The position numbers were made by a program, and so were the translations under genes. Below are positions 7,648 through 16,615 of a stretch of 33,952 nt of DNA, piece by piece. Location of the stretch: positions 1-33,952 of IMG/VR virus record IMGVR_UViG_3300027188_000006; one strand, 5' to 3'. How positions within the stretch are numbered: the first letter of the stretch is position 1; each line of letters begins with the position of its first letter. The notes under the pieces are model-generated. The model saw only the letters and a program-made list of their open reading frames with translations. It was not told the DNA's origin and ran no database searches. This stretch comes from a virus (taxonomy: Duplodnaviria; Caudoviricetes).

Positions 7648-9331
7648 TATTCATTCTCTCTATCGCATCTGCTAAATCAGGTAAACTTTCTTTCCAATCT
7701 TCGTTTCTTATCTTGTCCAACTTTACAGTTGTTTCTTTAAACTTATTCCAAATTTTACTATCTGGTTCTTTACTCCACATCTGTGCTAATACCTGCCGTA
7801 GTGTGTGTTCTGTAACTTCGCACCACAACATTCCGTGTGTGGTACATCTTGCATCGGGCCATCGTTTCCATATATGACTGATAAATCTATTATATAATTC
7901 ATCAATCTCTTGCTTTAGTCTGTCAGGCAAATGATGTATACTATATTCTTCAGGTCCGTAAACCAAATGTACATGAATTTCATTATGGAGCCTAGTATAA
8001 TTTTGCTCCTTCATCCAATACATAAAATCTGGTAAGTGAAATACGTTCATTATACTACAAGTTAAAGTTACTTTTCCATTCAAATTGGCTAGGCCAGGTG
8101 CTGTATCAATCTCTTTGAGAATACGTTCAGTTTTAGTCCACTTACCAGGATGTCGAATATATTCAAAATGACTAAACATGCCATCTAAACTAAGTCCCAA
8201 CGAAACCTCTTTAAATTGTTTCCATAATTCAAAATAACTTTTGTTACTTGCTGCAGCATTAGTGTTATATTCTAATGTAACATTCTTAGAATGTCCCGCA
8301 TCTACTATATTTTCTAAAAGTTCTCTATGTTTATGATTAATAGTAGGTTCGCCACCAGTAAAGTAAATCCGGTTAATATCAGTAATATTATTAATAATAT
8401 CACTCCATAATCTAGAATCTTCATACCAACTTTTCATATGCGGTATTTCAAGTTGTCCTTTTTTATTTGTTATAATTTCACCTTTTTCGCCGTCCAAATT
8501 AAGTACAACATTATCATCACTATTTTGCATAGTTTTATAATCTTTATACCACAAGTCACTATTTGATGGGCCACATGTTCTACATTTTAAATTACACTTA
8601 TTGCCAAATCTCAAATCCCACCATTCAATAGGGAAGTCAGTATGGGATATCGTGCCATCTTCATCTGTCATATCACGTGCTTTTGCCATTACATCTGGAA
8701 ATGAGAGATTGGCAAAAGCGCGGCGAGAAGATGGTATATTTGTATCTGATGAATCTTCTTCTTCCCAACATAATTTACAAACAGAACTTCGTTTTCCTTT
8801 AAGCATATCACTTCTGACTGTTTTCCACAACTTTGCATTACGATGCTCTGAAATTTTATCATTATAGTTTAGTAGTCTGCCGTTATCTTTTTTTACCAAT
8901 CCTACATCTGCCAGTGGATCTTTAAAAATCATTTGACAACACGCTCTAATTGTACCGTTTGCACTTGTTCCAGCATGAACCCATGGAATACTGCAAAATG
9001 TTTTATGCATCGGATCTGATATATCTACTTCTTTGGGTTTAGAAGCCTCTAATTCTTTAAATTCTTTTAACCATACTGCAAAATCAATATCAATATTACT
9101 ATTTTCATATATCAATTTTTCTATGTCATCATTGCAACCATCAGTATTCAACACAGCATACAATACCATTGGATCCGTGTCAAACTGAGCAACTGATTCT
9201 AACACATTTAGTGGACAATCTTCATGCTCAACCATAGCAATACGTTCAGCAGCAGTACGTCTTATACTACTATCCAAATTAAACATGTTTTCATTTGTTT
9301 TATTTTTCATTTGGTTTTGACTTTCAATCAT
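7574..9331 (-). CDS. Radical SAM protein with twitch/SPASM-like cysteines and N-terminal LRV-like repeats
   Basis: 585 aa; FCSIPW..RACC..CKLCWEEE, then DLRFGNKCNLKCRTC (CxxxCxxC), FTGGEP, YNTN, SLDG...YIR. Confidence 0.88.
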   Translation of the reverse strand: MIESQNQMKNKTNENMFNLDSSIRRTAAERIAMVEHEDCPLNVLESVAQFDTDPMVLYAVLNTDGCNDDIEKLIYENSNIDIDFAVWLKEFKELEASKPKEVDISDPMHKTFCSIPWVHAGTSANGTIRACCQMIFKDPLADVGLVKKDNGRLLNYNDKISEHRNAKLWKTVRSDMLKGKRSSVCKLCWEEEDSSDTNIPSSRRAFANLSFPDVMAKARDMTDEDGTISHTDFPIEWWDLRFGNKCNLKCRTCGPSNSDLWYKDYKTMQNSDDNVVLNLDGEKGEIITNKKGQLEIPHMKSWYEDSRLWSDIINNITDINRIYFTGGEPTINHKHRELLENIVDAGHSKNVTLEYNTNAAASNKSYFELWKQFKEVSLGLSLDGMFSHFEYIRHPGKWTKTERILKEIDTAPGLANLNGKVTLTCSIMNVFHLPDFMYWMKEQNYTRLHNEIHVHLVYGPEEYSIHHLPDRLKQEIDELYNRFISHIWKRWPDARCTTHGMLWCEVTEHTLRQVLAQMWSKEPDSKIWNKFKETTVKLDKIRNEDWKESLPDLADAIERMNNAEQRKQRTKLADHSNKKPKTPKI

Positions 9332-10707
9332 TGATTTTTAAAATATCCCAATTCGTTTTCACTATAATTTACAAGAGATTCTGCGTCATTTATATCACGA
9401 ATAGGCACTAAACTAAGTGAGCCTTTCATTCTTCCATTTGCTCCAGTTGTATTCCATTCTGGAATTTCTGTAATTCTATCTTTGAGTTGTTGTGCACGAT
9501 CAAGAAATCCTGGTGGGGTCATTAGTTTTATTTCTAACCATAAGTCATCATCTATAATATCATGGTGTTTCATTATTATTTTACAGTTATCTAAAAATCT
9601 ATCTTCATTACCGCGATACAAATCCATACTTGCAAAATGTGCACTCATATTAACACTATTTATGTATTGTGTTGCTTCACTCCAGAATTTTGTACTTCGA
9701 CTACCATTTGTAGTTACCAATATCCATTGATTTCGGGACTTTAAATATTTTAAAATGTCAATGAATTGTGGATGCATGGTAGGTTCACCTCCACCAAAAT
9801 TCCATCTGATTTGTTCGCCATTACTCCAATTATCTATAATCATATCGATAGTATTAATAACAGATTCAAACGATGGAAACTTTTCAGTATTACTATGAAC
9901 TGCCGGCCAACAATAGTCACACGCATAATTACACCGTCTTCCAATGTCCCACAAGATTTGATATGGAATAGGAAAGTTCATTTCTACTCCAACACTTTCA
10001 TCTATATTATCAGTGATATAATTCTTACCGCCACGTTTAGTGCCATCATATTGATTATGAGTCACGTCCAGTAACTTCATATGTTCTACGGTTTTTGCTT
10101 TACTTAAAATTACATCCGCACCGCAGCCACAACTCTTAAAAGGACAAACTGTATAATTTTCAGGTATGTCAATACCTTCACGAATATTGCCTAACAATCC
10201 CCAATTTTTTGGTATGTCATCTAATGTACTTTCCCATTTCCATGCACTTGCAGTTGTATCAATATTATCTTTTTGAATATTCTTTCCTAAATTTTTAAAA
10301 AAAGTTTCTTCTGCTTCTTTCAACGCATCTTGTAGTTTAATATGCTGTTCACATGTTTCCCAGCCATTCTTAGGTAACGGCCAGCCACCTATCGTATTTT
10401 CATTATACCATTCAATGTGAGGGTAAGAACCAAATATTCTTTCACGTTCAACTCTCCAGCCTTCAACAGTTGTATCATGATGTGCGGTACTATTTCTATG
10501 ACTACTTGCGCAGTTGCCATTCCATATATTACCATCATAATCTATATAAAGTCCACGTACTCCTGCGCTACACTGCCATCCTTTCCATTTGTTATGTTCT
10601 CTTGCAATAGCTTCATCTACACTCATTCTAATAAACTTACCATTTGTATCATATACACGTAGTTGTTTATTATCTAATGGTATCCGAGGATCTGATTTAA
10701 TCGGCAT
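9328..10707 (-). CDS. Radical SAM protein with N-terminal auxiliary Cys domain
   Basis: 459 aa; WDIGRRCNYACDYC, FGGGEPT, VTTNGSR in C-terminal half; WQCSAG..IDYDG..C and CPFKSCGCGAD in N-terminal half. Confidence 0.88.
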   Translation of the reverse strand: MPIKSDPRIPLDNKQLRVYDTNGKFIRMSVDEAIAREHNKWKGWQCSAGVRGLYIDYDGNIWNGNCASSHRNSTAHHDTTVEGWRVERERIFGSYPHIEWYNENTIGGWPLPKNGWETCEQHIKLQDALKEAEETFFKNLGKNIQKDNIDTTASAWKWESTLDDIPKNWGLLGNIREGIDIPENYTVCPFKSCGCGADVILSKAKTVEHMKLLDVTHNQYDGTKRGGKNYITDNIDESVGVEMNFPIPYQILWDIGRRCNYACDYCWPAVHSNTEKFPSFESVINTIDMIIDNWSNGEQIRWNFGGGEPTMHPQFIDILKYLKSRNQWILVTTNGSRSTKFWSEATQYINSVNMSAHFASMDLYRGNEDRFLDNCKIIMKHHDIIDDDLWLEIKLMTPPGFLDRAQQLKDRITEIPEWNTTGANGRMKGSLSLVPIRDINDAESLVNYSENELGYFKNQ

Positions 10708-11704
10708 CTTCTAAGACCTCATATCTATTTTTAGGAAGCACCTTCTTACTCATAATATCAAAGTTACAATGGCACATACTTTTTGTACACATCACCGGTT
10801 TTGTTGGCCATTTGATATTCTTTGGTAACTTCATATTACCAAGAGTTCCGCCCACTCTACACCAGCCAATCATCACACTACCGTCAAAGTCTACTACAAT
10901 CTGTTCTATTCCACTCCAACACAACCAACCTTTCCAGTTATTTGTCTTATCATTAATAAAACGATGGGCACTACTATTTTCACTTAAATTGTTAACATCA
11001 TCATGCATTTGCATACTGCCACGATATATAGGCCAAGTTTTGGTGTGTTCTATATTACTTGCTAGATCATGCCATTGTCTGTCGATGTATTCTATTTGTG
11101 AATCAGTATAAGTATAAAGTGTTTCGCCAAAATCTATAATTAACGGTTGCAAAGCAAGGCTAATATTAGGAATACTAATAACAGTTTCCGCAAGGTCTTG
11201 GCAGACTGGCCATATTTCCGGATCATAATGCATCATTATGTTTACGTGTGTGCGACATTGTTCACTCATAATCTTAACTACGTTAAGAAAATGCTCTGCA
11301 TCACCTTCTTCTGGATGAAAGCTTAAGCAAACATGATCGAATTTCTCTTTGTTCTTTTCCCACCACCGTAAGGTACGACTTCCATTACTGATAAATCCAA
11401 TGTCGTGTCCAATGGATTTAATATATTCAGCACACTTAATAAAATCTTTCCACAAGGTTACTTCTCCTCCAGTAAATTCGAAATATACTTTACGAGGGGA
11501 ATAATGTTCTACTGTAGCATCAATGAATTCCCGAATAATTTCAAAATCATTCCATCCAAAACTACCATCATTTAGTATACTAGGACAATATGAACAAGTA
11601 AAATTGCACATATTGCCCAAATTCCAATTCACAACTACCCAATCTTTGCACTCTGCATGATGATGGTCTAGTCGGTTATAAAAGTCTTGTGGTCCTAAGG
11701 GCAT
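10697..11704 (-). CDS. Radical SAM protein with C-terminal auxiliary Cys (SPASM/twitch-like) domain
   Basis: 335 aa; WNLGNMCNFTCSYC, FTGGEVT, ISNGSR; C-terminal WLCWSG..VDFDG..WC and CTKSMCHCNFD. Confidence 0.88.
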   Translation of the reverse strand: MPLGPQDFYNRLDHHHAECKDWVVVNWNLGNMCNFTCSYCPSILNDGSFGWNDFEIIREFIDATVEHYSPRKVYFEFTGGEVTLWKDFIKCAEYIKSIGHDIGFISNGSRTLRWWEKNKEKFDHVCLSFHPEEGDAEHFLNVVKIMSEQCRTHVNIMMHYDPEIWPVCQDLAETVISIPNISLALQPLIIDFGETLYTYTDSQIEYIDRQWHDLASNIEHTKTWPIYRGSMQMHDDVNNLSENSSAHRFINDKTNNWKGWLCWSGIEQIVVDFDGSVMIGWCRVGGTLGNMKLPKNIKWPTKPVMCTKSMCHCNFDIMSKKVLPKNRYEVLEDAD

Positions 11705-11884
11705 TTATTTACCTTTATCCATTTTATTATCCATTTGATCTTCCAAACGTTTTACCGATTGTAATATTTCCCATAACTTCCAATCCATAGTCTTTGCAAG
11801 TTCTAAAATTTCAGCATTAAATTCTTTGTTACTTTCTTGAACCTCATCTACAGGGGCGTCTAACAATCTTATTTTCTTAACCAT
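11705..11884 (-). CDS. Small protein (59 aa) immediately upstream of the radical SAM genes
   Basis: Not in ORF track. AGGAGG RBS (11890-11895), ATG 11884: MVKKIRLLDAPVDEVQESNKEFNAEILELAKTMDWKLWEILQSVKRLEDQMDNKMDKGK; its TAA abuts the ATG of the next gene. Confidence 0.85.
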   Translation of the reverse strand: MVKKIRLLDAPVDEVQESNKEFNAEILELAKTMDWKLWEILQSVKRLEDQMDNKMDKGK

Positions 11885-11906
11885 AATTACCTCCTAGGTT
11901 ATATTT

Positions 11907-12860
11907 TTATCTATCCCAACCGGTTGATTTTTCAGTTGCCAATGGATTTCCCACACGTTTGGGATTTATGTATACTAATTTAAAGAAGTTTGACATTTCT
12001 ACTGTTGGATCACATAATTCCATTCCCAACTTATCTACAAGACTATCTCCCACTTCTAATGTCTTATCATATAACAAGTCTATATCAATCTGACTGTCAG
12101 ACACAAACTGTTGATATATTTCATTATGAAAATAAGATTTAAACCAATCATAGTCACTAATACTTTCAGCAGTAAAATTACCATCAAAGTTTATATTATA
12201 ACACCCCAATCGTGCTCCGTATATTGACCATAGCCCATTTTCTATATCTGCTCCAATATTACACCAAGTTAGTAATCTATGATAATTCTTTGGCCAAACT
12301 TTAGTTTTAAATTCAGAGGGATCAATAATGTTGCCTTCATCCAGAGACATCTTAACACCTTCTCGAAATCCGCTACGAAACGCTTGAAATGGAGATCCAC
12401 TGTTGAATATCATTGAATAAGTATTATTCATTTGCTTGTAATCCAAGTCCCAGCAGAAATCTAGTTTCTTAGTTTCATTATCTGCATTTTCGTGTGTCTT
12501 CATATCTAATACAAGTTGAACAGGCCAACACTTAATACCACCATTGCCATATACTAAACCGTTTGTTAAATTCTTTGCACCCCAGGATATGACACTGCGA
12601 CTTAAATCTGTATTATCTGGAAAATTCAATACAAGATCAAAGAATTTTTTGTCAACAATATTATCACCATCTATAGTTATAAATCTGTCTGTACTACTTG
12701 CACGTGCACAGGCTTTGTGTGCATTATCAAATCCTTTAATACCATCAATACGTTTTGCCTGTGGATATTTTTCTAATAAATCAGCATAATGCTCTTCTTT
12801 ATTAGGCTCATCATAACTGAGATAAAATATATCTAAGTGTTTTATTGTAATCGTAGTCAT
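11907..12860 (-). CDS. Glycosyltransferase-like protein (GT-A fold, DxD)
   Basis: 317 aa; FYLSYDEP..., AHKACA..., FITIDGDN DxD motif, YGNGGIKCWP. Confidence 0.6.
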   Translation of the reverse strand: MTTITIKHLDIFYLSYDEPNKEEHYADLLEKYPQAKRIDGIKGFDNAHKACARASSTDRFITIDGDNIVDKKFFDLVLNFPDNTDLSRSVISWGAKNLTNGLVYGNGGIKCWPVQLVLDMKTHENADNETKKLDFCWDLDYKQMNNTYSMIFNSGSPFQAFRSGFREGVKMSLDEGNIIDPSEFKTKVWPKNYHRLLTWCNIGADIENGLWSIYGARLGCYNINFDGNFTAESISDYDWFKSYFHNEIYQQFVSDSQIDIDLLYDKTLEVGDSLVDKLGMELCDPTVEMSNFFKLVYINPKRVGNPLATEKSTGWDR

Positions 12861-13426
12861 ACTATTCTTTTATCCTCTAATGAATAAGTTTTTAATAATT
12901 CTTGTGTTATATACATACTTATCTTTTTATATTTATGTCGGTAGTTAATTACATATTTTTCACCTGAAATTAAATTTTCATAGTTTAAATTTATTGTGTC
13001 AATAATAAAATCTGGTTCATCAAATAATGTAATGTGAAAATTTTGATTAAGTCTTTTTAACAACTCAGTCTGACCTAAAATATCTTCAACTAATTGAAAT
13101 GAAAATCCTCCGCATGTAATGTTAATCATAATTGTAGGCTCATCATCTATTTCTAATTTTTTTATAAAATTATTTTTTATAGATATAAGTTTTTTACTAT
13201 CTTTCCGAATGATCTGGTAACTAACTGTATCTTTTTTATAAATGATATGATAGTCATCGACATTCGTACTCCCATCTAAGAAAATACTAATATCAGATGT
13301 TTTAAAATACGCATACATGTTTTTACTATCTTGTATAATACGGTTTTCGATTGATTGGATGTTTCCAGTAACATCAAAATATACTATCTTACAATCATCA
13401 TCTGAATTATTTACGCACTCAAACAT
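12857..13426 (-). CDS. Hypothetical protein
   Basis: 189 aa ORF overlapping both neighbours by a few bases; no recognised motif. Confidence 0.7.
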   Translation of the reverse strand: MFECVNNSDDDCKIVYFDVTGNIQSIENRIIQDSKNMYAYFKTSDISIFLDGSTNVDDYHIIYKKDTVSYQIIRKDSKKLISIKNNFIKKLEIDDEPTIMINITCGGFSFQLVEDILGQTELLKRLNQNFHITLFDEPDFIIDTINLNYENLISGEKYVINYRHKYKKISMYITQELLKTYSLEDKRIV

Positions 13427-14265
13427 ACAATGTCCTCATACTTTTTGATAATATTATCTGTTAGCCAATCCTTTTCTACATAATGAAATGGTAATAATAG
13501 TTCTTGGTTATTAATGAAAATTCTTAAATCATCAGTTACATAACTTGGTAATGTTTTATTCCAGTTAGAGGTTATACCTGTTTTTGGTATATTTTGTACA
13601 TAACTTTTCATATGTATAAATTTAAGCACTTTAATGTTAGTATCAATACAATCTATTGGGAACAACTTCGCAGCAAGAGAAAATGCAACATCAGCACTTA
13701 TCCAATCCTGCCCGCGGTCATTCAAAAATCTAGTATAATAATAGTTCCAGTTTTCCATAATATCTTGTACTAAACGAAAATAACTGAATGACTTTGTAGA
13801 TTTGTTAAAGTAAGTAAAATTACTATATACATCAGGTAAATCACACGATGTAAACTTTTTACGATAGTAATCACTTGTTATGGGTTGGTCTCTAAATGTT
13901 CTTGGGTTTGAACATAAGCACACATCATATTTGTTTAAAATATCCCACCAATGATCAACTGATGCAGTGAACAACTGGTCTGAATCAAGTATAATAGTTT
14001 GGTCAAATGGTGACATATGAATATACTTCCATTTGTTTTCTATTTTCCATTTAGAAGATACAGCATCATCATCCCAGGGTATATCAACAATGTAATCAAA
14101 TACATCAAAATGCTTTTGTTCTAATCTGTCGTTTGTTTTATCATCAACACACAAACATACAGAATTCTCATGCTGTGTTGCTTTAATACTTAACGCTAAC
14201 GCATATGCCATACGTAAATAATCAACATCTGTATTTTGTGCAATTATAATATAACCATTACTCAT
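13411..14265 (-). CDS. Glycosyltransferase (GT8-like / nucleotide-diphospho-sugar transferase)
   Basis: 284 aa; YLRMAYALALSIK, SPFDQTIILDSD (DxD), later D.AFSLA and HMK motifs. Confidence 0.7.
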   Translation of the reverse strand: MSNGYIIIAQNTDVDYLRMAYALALSIKATQHENSVCLCVDDKTNDRLEQKHFDVFDYIVDIPWDDDAVSSKWKIENKWKYIHMSPFDQTIILDSDQLFTASVDHWWDILNKYDVCLCSNPRTFRDQPITSDYYRKKFTSCDLPDVYSNFTYFNKSTKSFSYFRLVQDIMENWNYYYTRFLNDRGQDWISADVAFSLAAKLFPIDCIDTNIKVLKFIHMKSYVQNIPKTGITSNWNKTLPSYVTDDLRIFINNQELLLPFHYVEKDWLTDNIIKKYEDIVCLSA

Positions 14266-15122
14266 TTACATTCACCGTATTCAAAGAAATTATCTATATG
14301 ATTCAGAATACTTTGTTTGTTCATAATATGCAAATCAGATTGTTGAAGTCTGACCATGTTTTGAGATTTTTTATTCATCGCAGTTAACATTAATATATTA
14401 GCAGGACCATCAATTCTAAAAATTTTATCTGTGTCAAAACTATTCATTAATCGATACACGGGCAATTCCGGTACAGTATCATTACTACCATTGGTAATAA
14501 TATGCAATGCGATTGAAAATGTATGATCATTTCTGTATAACTTTGTATTACATGAGTATCTGATATAATACCACTGCCAATTATTTTTTATGATATCAAC
14601 CAATTTAAATAATGTTTCTGAAAATTTACTCTTTCGAAAATAAAGTATTGTTGCCCAATACATATCGATACTAGTACTGGATATTTTAGTAATATCATTT
14701 TTAGCATCATTACTAATATCAGTGTAATGTTTAGTAATCATAAAATCATTTTTACTTCCCCATACACCATCTAATACATTTGACATGACAAAGTAATCAC
14801 AATCGATTACTAGAGTTTCATCATATGGCGATAAGTCATATACATTGCCTCTATTGGTATTGATAAATTTGGCTGGTTCTTTATTACTGTGAGTATCATG
14901 ATACATACGCATAGTAGAATCTTTGGGGACTGGTATTTTTATAACTCTATCAAAATACATATCAACTAATTCTTGATTATCTGATAATGATTCATCATCT
15001 GTAATTAAACATATTTCATCAAATCCAGACAAATTTCTTCTAGCATAGCCTGCACTTGCACAAGCTATCTTTACATAATCAATATATCCATTATTGTGTG
15101 AAAATATTATTATACCATTCAT
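14262..15122 (-). CDS. Glycosyltransferase (GT8-like), paralog of 13411-14265
   Basis: 286 aa; DYVKIA, SPYDETLVIDCD (DxD), RNDHTFSIA, HIMNK. Confidence 0.7.
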   Translation of the reverse strand: MNGIIIFSHNNGYIDYVKIACASAGYARRNLSGFDEICLITDDESLSDNQELVDMYFDRVIKIPVPKDSTMRMYHDTHSNKEPAKFINTNRGNVYDLSPYDETLVIDCDYFVMSNVLDGVWGSKNDFMITKHYTDISNDAKNDITKISSTSIDMYWATILYFRKSKFSETLFKLVDIIKNNWQWYYIRYSCNTKLYRNDHTFSIALHIITNGSNDTVPELPVYRLMNSFDTDKIFRIDGPANILMLTAMNKKSQNMVRLQQSDLHIMNKQSILNHIDNFFEYGECK

Positions 15123-15466
15123 TATATTTCTAATGCTACCTTAATATTAGATGAACTACGCAATTGTTCATACTGTATATAAAAGTCATTGATTGCTTCA
15201 AAATATTTACTAGATATAGTTTCCAATAATTTACTAATATCATTTATTTTTATAGGTAAATTATTCCTATCAAGAACAACGATACTTGTCTTATTATTTT
15301 GTACTGCGTAGTTTAAGAACCCAATAAGTTCCTGAGTTATATCAAACGATCCACCATTTTCATGATGTATTAGAATACTAGAAACTTTATCTTGCATAAC
15401 CTTTTTATTTAGGTTAAATGTTCGCATCGTATTTCTATACGATAATATATCTTCTAAATCATCCAT
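15122..15466 (-). CDS. Hypothetical phage protein
   Basis: Track start 15505 overlaps the predicted promoter; ATG 15466 (MDDLEDIL) has a GGTGGA RBS; TAATG coupling to the next gene. Confidence 0.7.
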   Translation of the reverse strand: MDDLEDILSYRNTMRTFNLNKKVMQDKVSSILIHHENGGSFDITQELIGFLNYAVQNNKTSIVVLDRNNLPIKINDISKLLETISSKYFEAINDFYIQYEQLRSSSNIKVALEI

Positions 15467-15495
15467 TGCATAATTCCACCATATTAATACCATCA

Positions 15496-15524
15496 ATGAT
15501 AGCATAACAAGGTTAAAATGTCAA
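15496..15524 (-). promoter_or_regulatory. Sigma70-type promoter with extended -10 heading the tailoring-enzyme cluster
   Basis: Minus strand TTGACA (15524-15519), 17 bp, TATCAT (15501-15496) preceded by TGn. Confidence 0.7.
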
Positions 15525-15540
15525 TACAAATTTAAAATAA

Positions 15541-16605
15541 TTAACTGTTTATTTCTGAGATATAAGATAGTATGCTATAAATTGGCATTTCAGTAACAAC
15601 TCCCAAATTACTACTGTGTGCATCATCTGCTCTTTTTTGTGAAATTTTAACAGATAGTTCGCCATATACATATTTGCCATTTGTGGTTCCTATTGGATCA
15701 GTTTCTAATACACCAGCACCGCAATAATATTCACTGTATTCACTGTATTCATTATATCCATTATTGTTATCATTTGTGTCACAATTAGTTAATGTCACAT
15801 CTATTTCTATACAACCATCATCTGAAAGTTTTGCATAAATCGTAACTGAATTACCAAAGAAACTTGGACTTTCTAGTTCTGAATACACACGTGTATAAAT
15901 AGTTTGCCAGTCTGAAGTTAGTCCTGTAAATCCCGGACCAGGGGTACCAATCTGATTAGACGAAACTGTTTCGGAATGTTTAATGATCACAACACCGATT
16001 GAGTTGAAAAGATTATTCCAAGCAATACTAGGAATATATAATAGTGCACTATCTATCAATAATTCTGCAGAAATTCTAATATCACCGCCTGTGTTAAAAT
16101 GCCATCTTCGTGCATCATCGTTAGCAAATGAAGTTTTAAATATCATGTTCTTGCCAATATTCACAGTGCTCCATATCATATCTGGATCTGATATATCATT
16201 AGGATTACCATATGTCTGTAGTATGCTTGACACGTTATTCTGTAGTGACATTTTACCAATATTAGAATTTAGTTTATTTTCTCTGATATTGGTTATATCT
16301 GCACGAATAGTATCAATATAATAAATTATATCATCAAGTGTTTCAAAAGAGCCTTCGAATATGCTATTAGGTGTTGTAAGTGCTGTTCCCTGATGTGCTG
16401 CTGAAAAAATCATTGCATAAAAAAGTTCTATCCAATTTTTCTTCATTAACTTCTGGCCTTTATTAACATGATTAACAAAAAGTTGATTTTGACCATAGCC
16501 AGCATCACCTGCGCCAATACCAACAATTTCATTAATGTCATTTACTAATAAATTGAAATCATCAGATGTGAATTGGCTACTAATAGGATAACTTTGCGGG
16601 GACAT
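15541..16605 (-). CDS. Putative virion structural protein (baseplate/tail associated)
   Basis: 354 aa; AGGAG RBS; last gene of the structural run; G/T/S/N-rich beta-type composition (GAGDAGYGQ, FNTGGDIRIS). Confidence 0.6.
   Translation of the reverse strand: MSPQSYPISSQFTSDDFNLLVNDINEIVGIGAGDAGYGQNQLFVNHVNKGQKLMKKNWIELFYAMIFSAAHQGTALTTPNSIFEGSFETLDDIIYYIDTIRADITNIRENKLNSNIGKMSLQNNVSSILQTYGNPNDISDPDMIWSTVNIGKNMIFKTSFANDDARRWHFNTGGDIRISAELLIDSALLYIPSIAWNNLFNSIGVVIIKHSETVSSNQIGTPGPGFTGLTSDWQTIYTRVYSELESPSFFGNSVTIYAKLSDDGCIEIDVTLTNCDTNDNNNGYNEYSEYSEYYCGAGVLETDPIGTTNGKYVYGELSVKISQKRADDAHSSNLGVVTEMPIYSILSYISEINS
15728..15751. repeat. 9-bp tandem repeat (TATTCACTG x2.7) encoding EYSEYSEY
   Basis: Seen directly; in-frame, within an N/Y-rich loop of the 354-aa protein. 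Confidence 0.8.
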
Positions 16606-16615
16606 TCACCACTCC

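Noticed and set aside
7574-11704. Assigning moaA, queE, pqqE or nrdG symbols to the radical SAM genes
   Set aside because: Only generic CxxxCxxC/GGE motifs are visible; no partner genes of those pathways are in the window.
2168-15466. DNA hypermodification or 7-deazaguanine cluster
   Set aside because: No recognisable dpdA, folE, queC/D, thymidylate-synthase-like or DNA polymerase genes nearby; context is structural. Not excluded, but unsupported.
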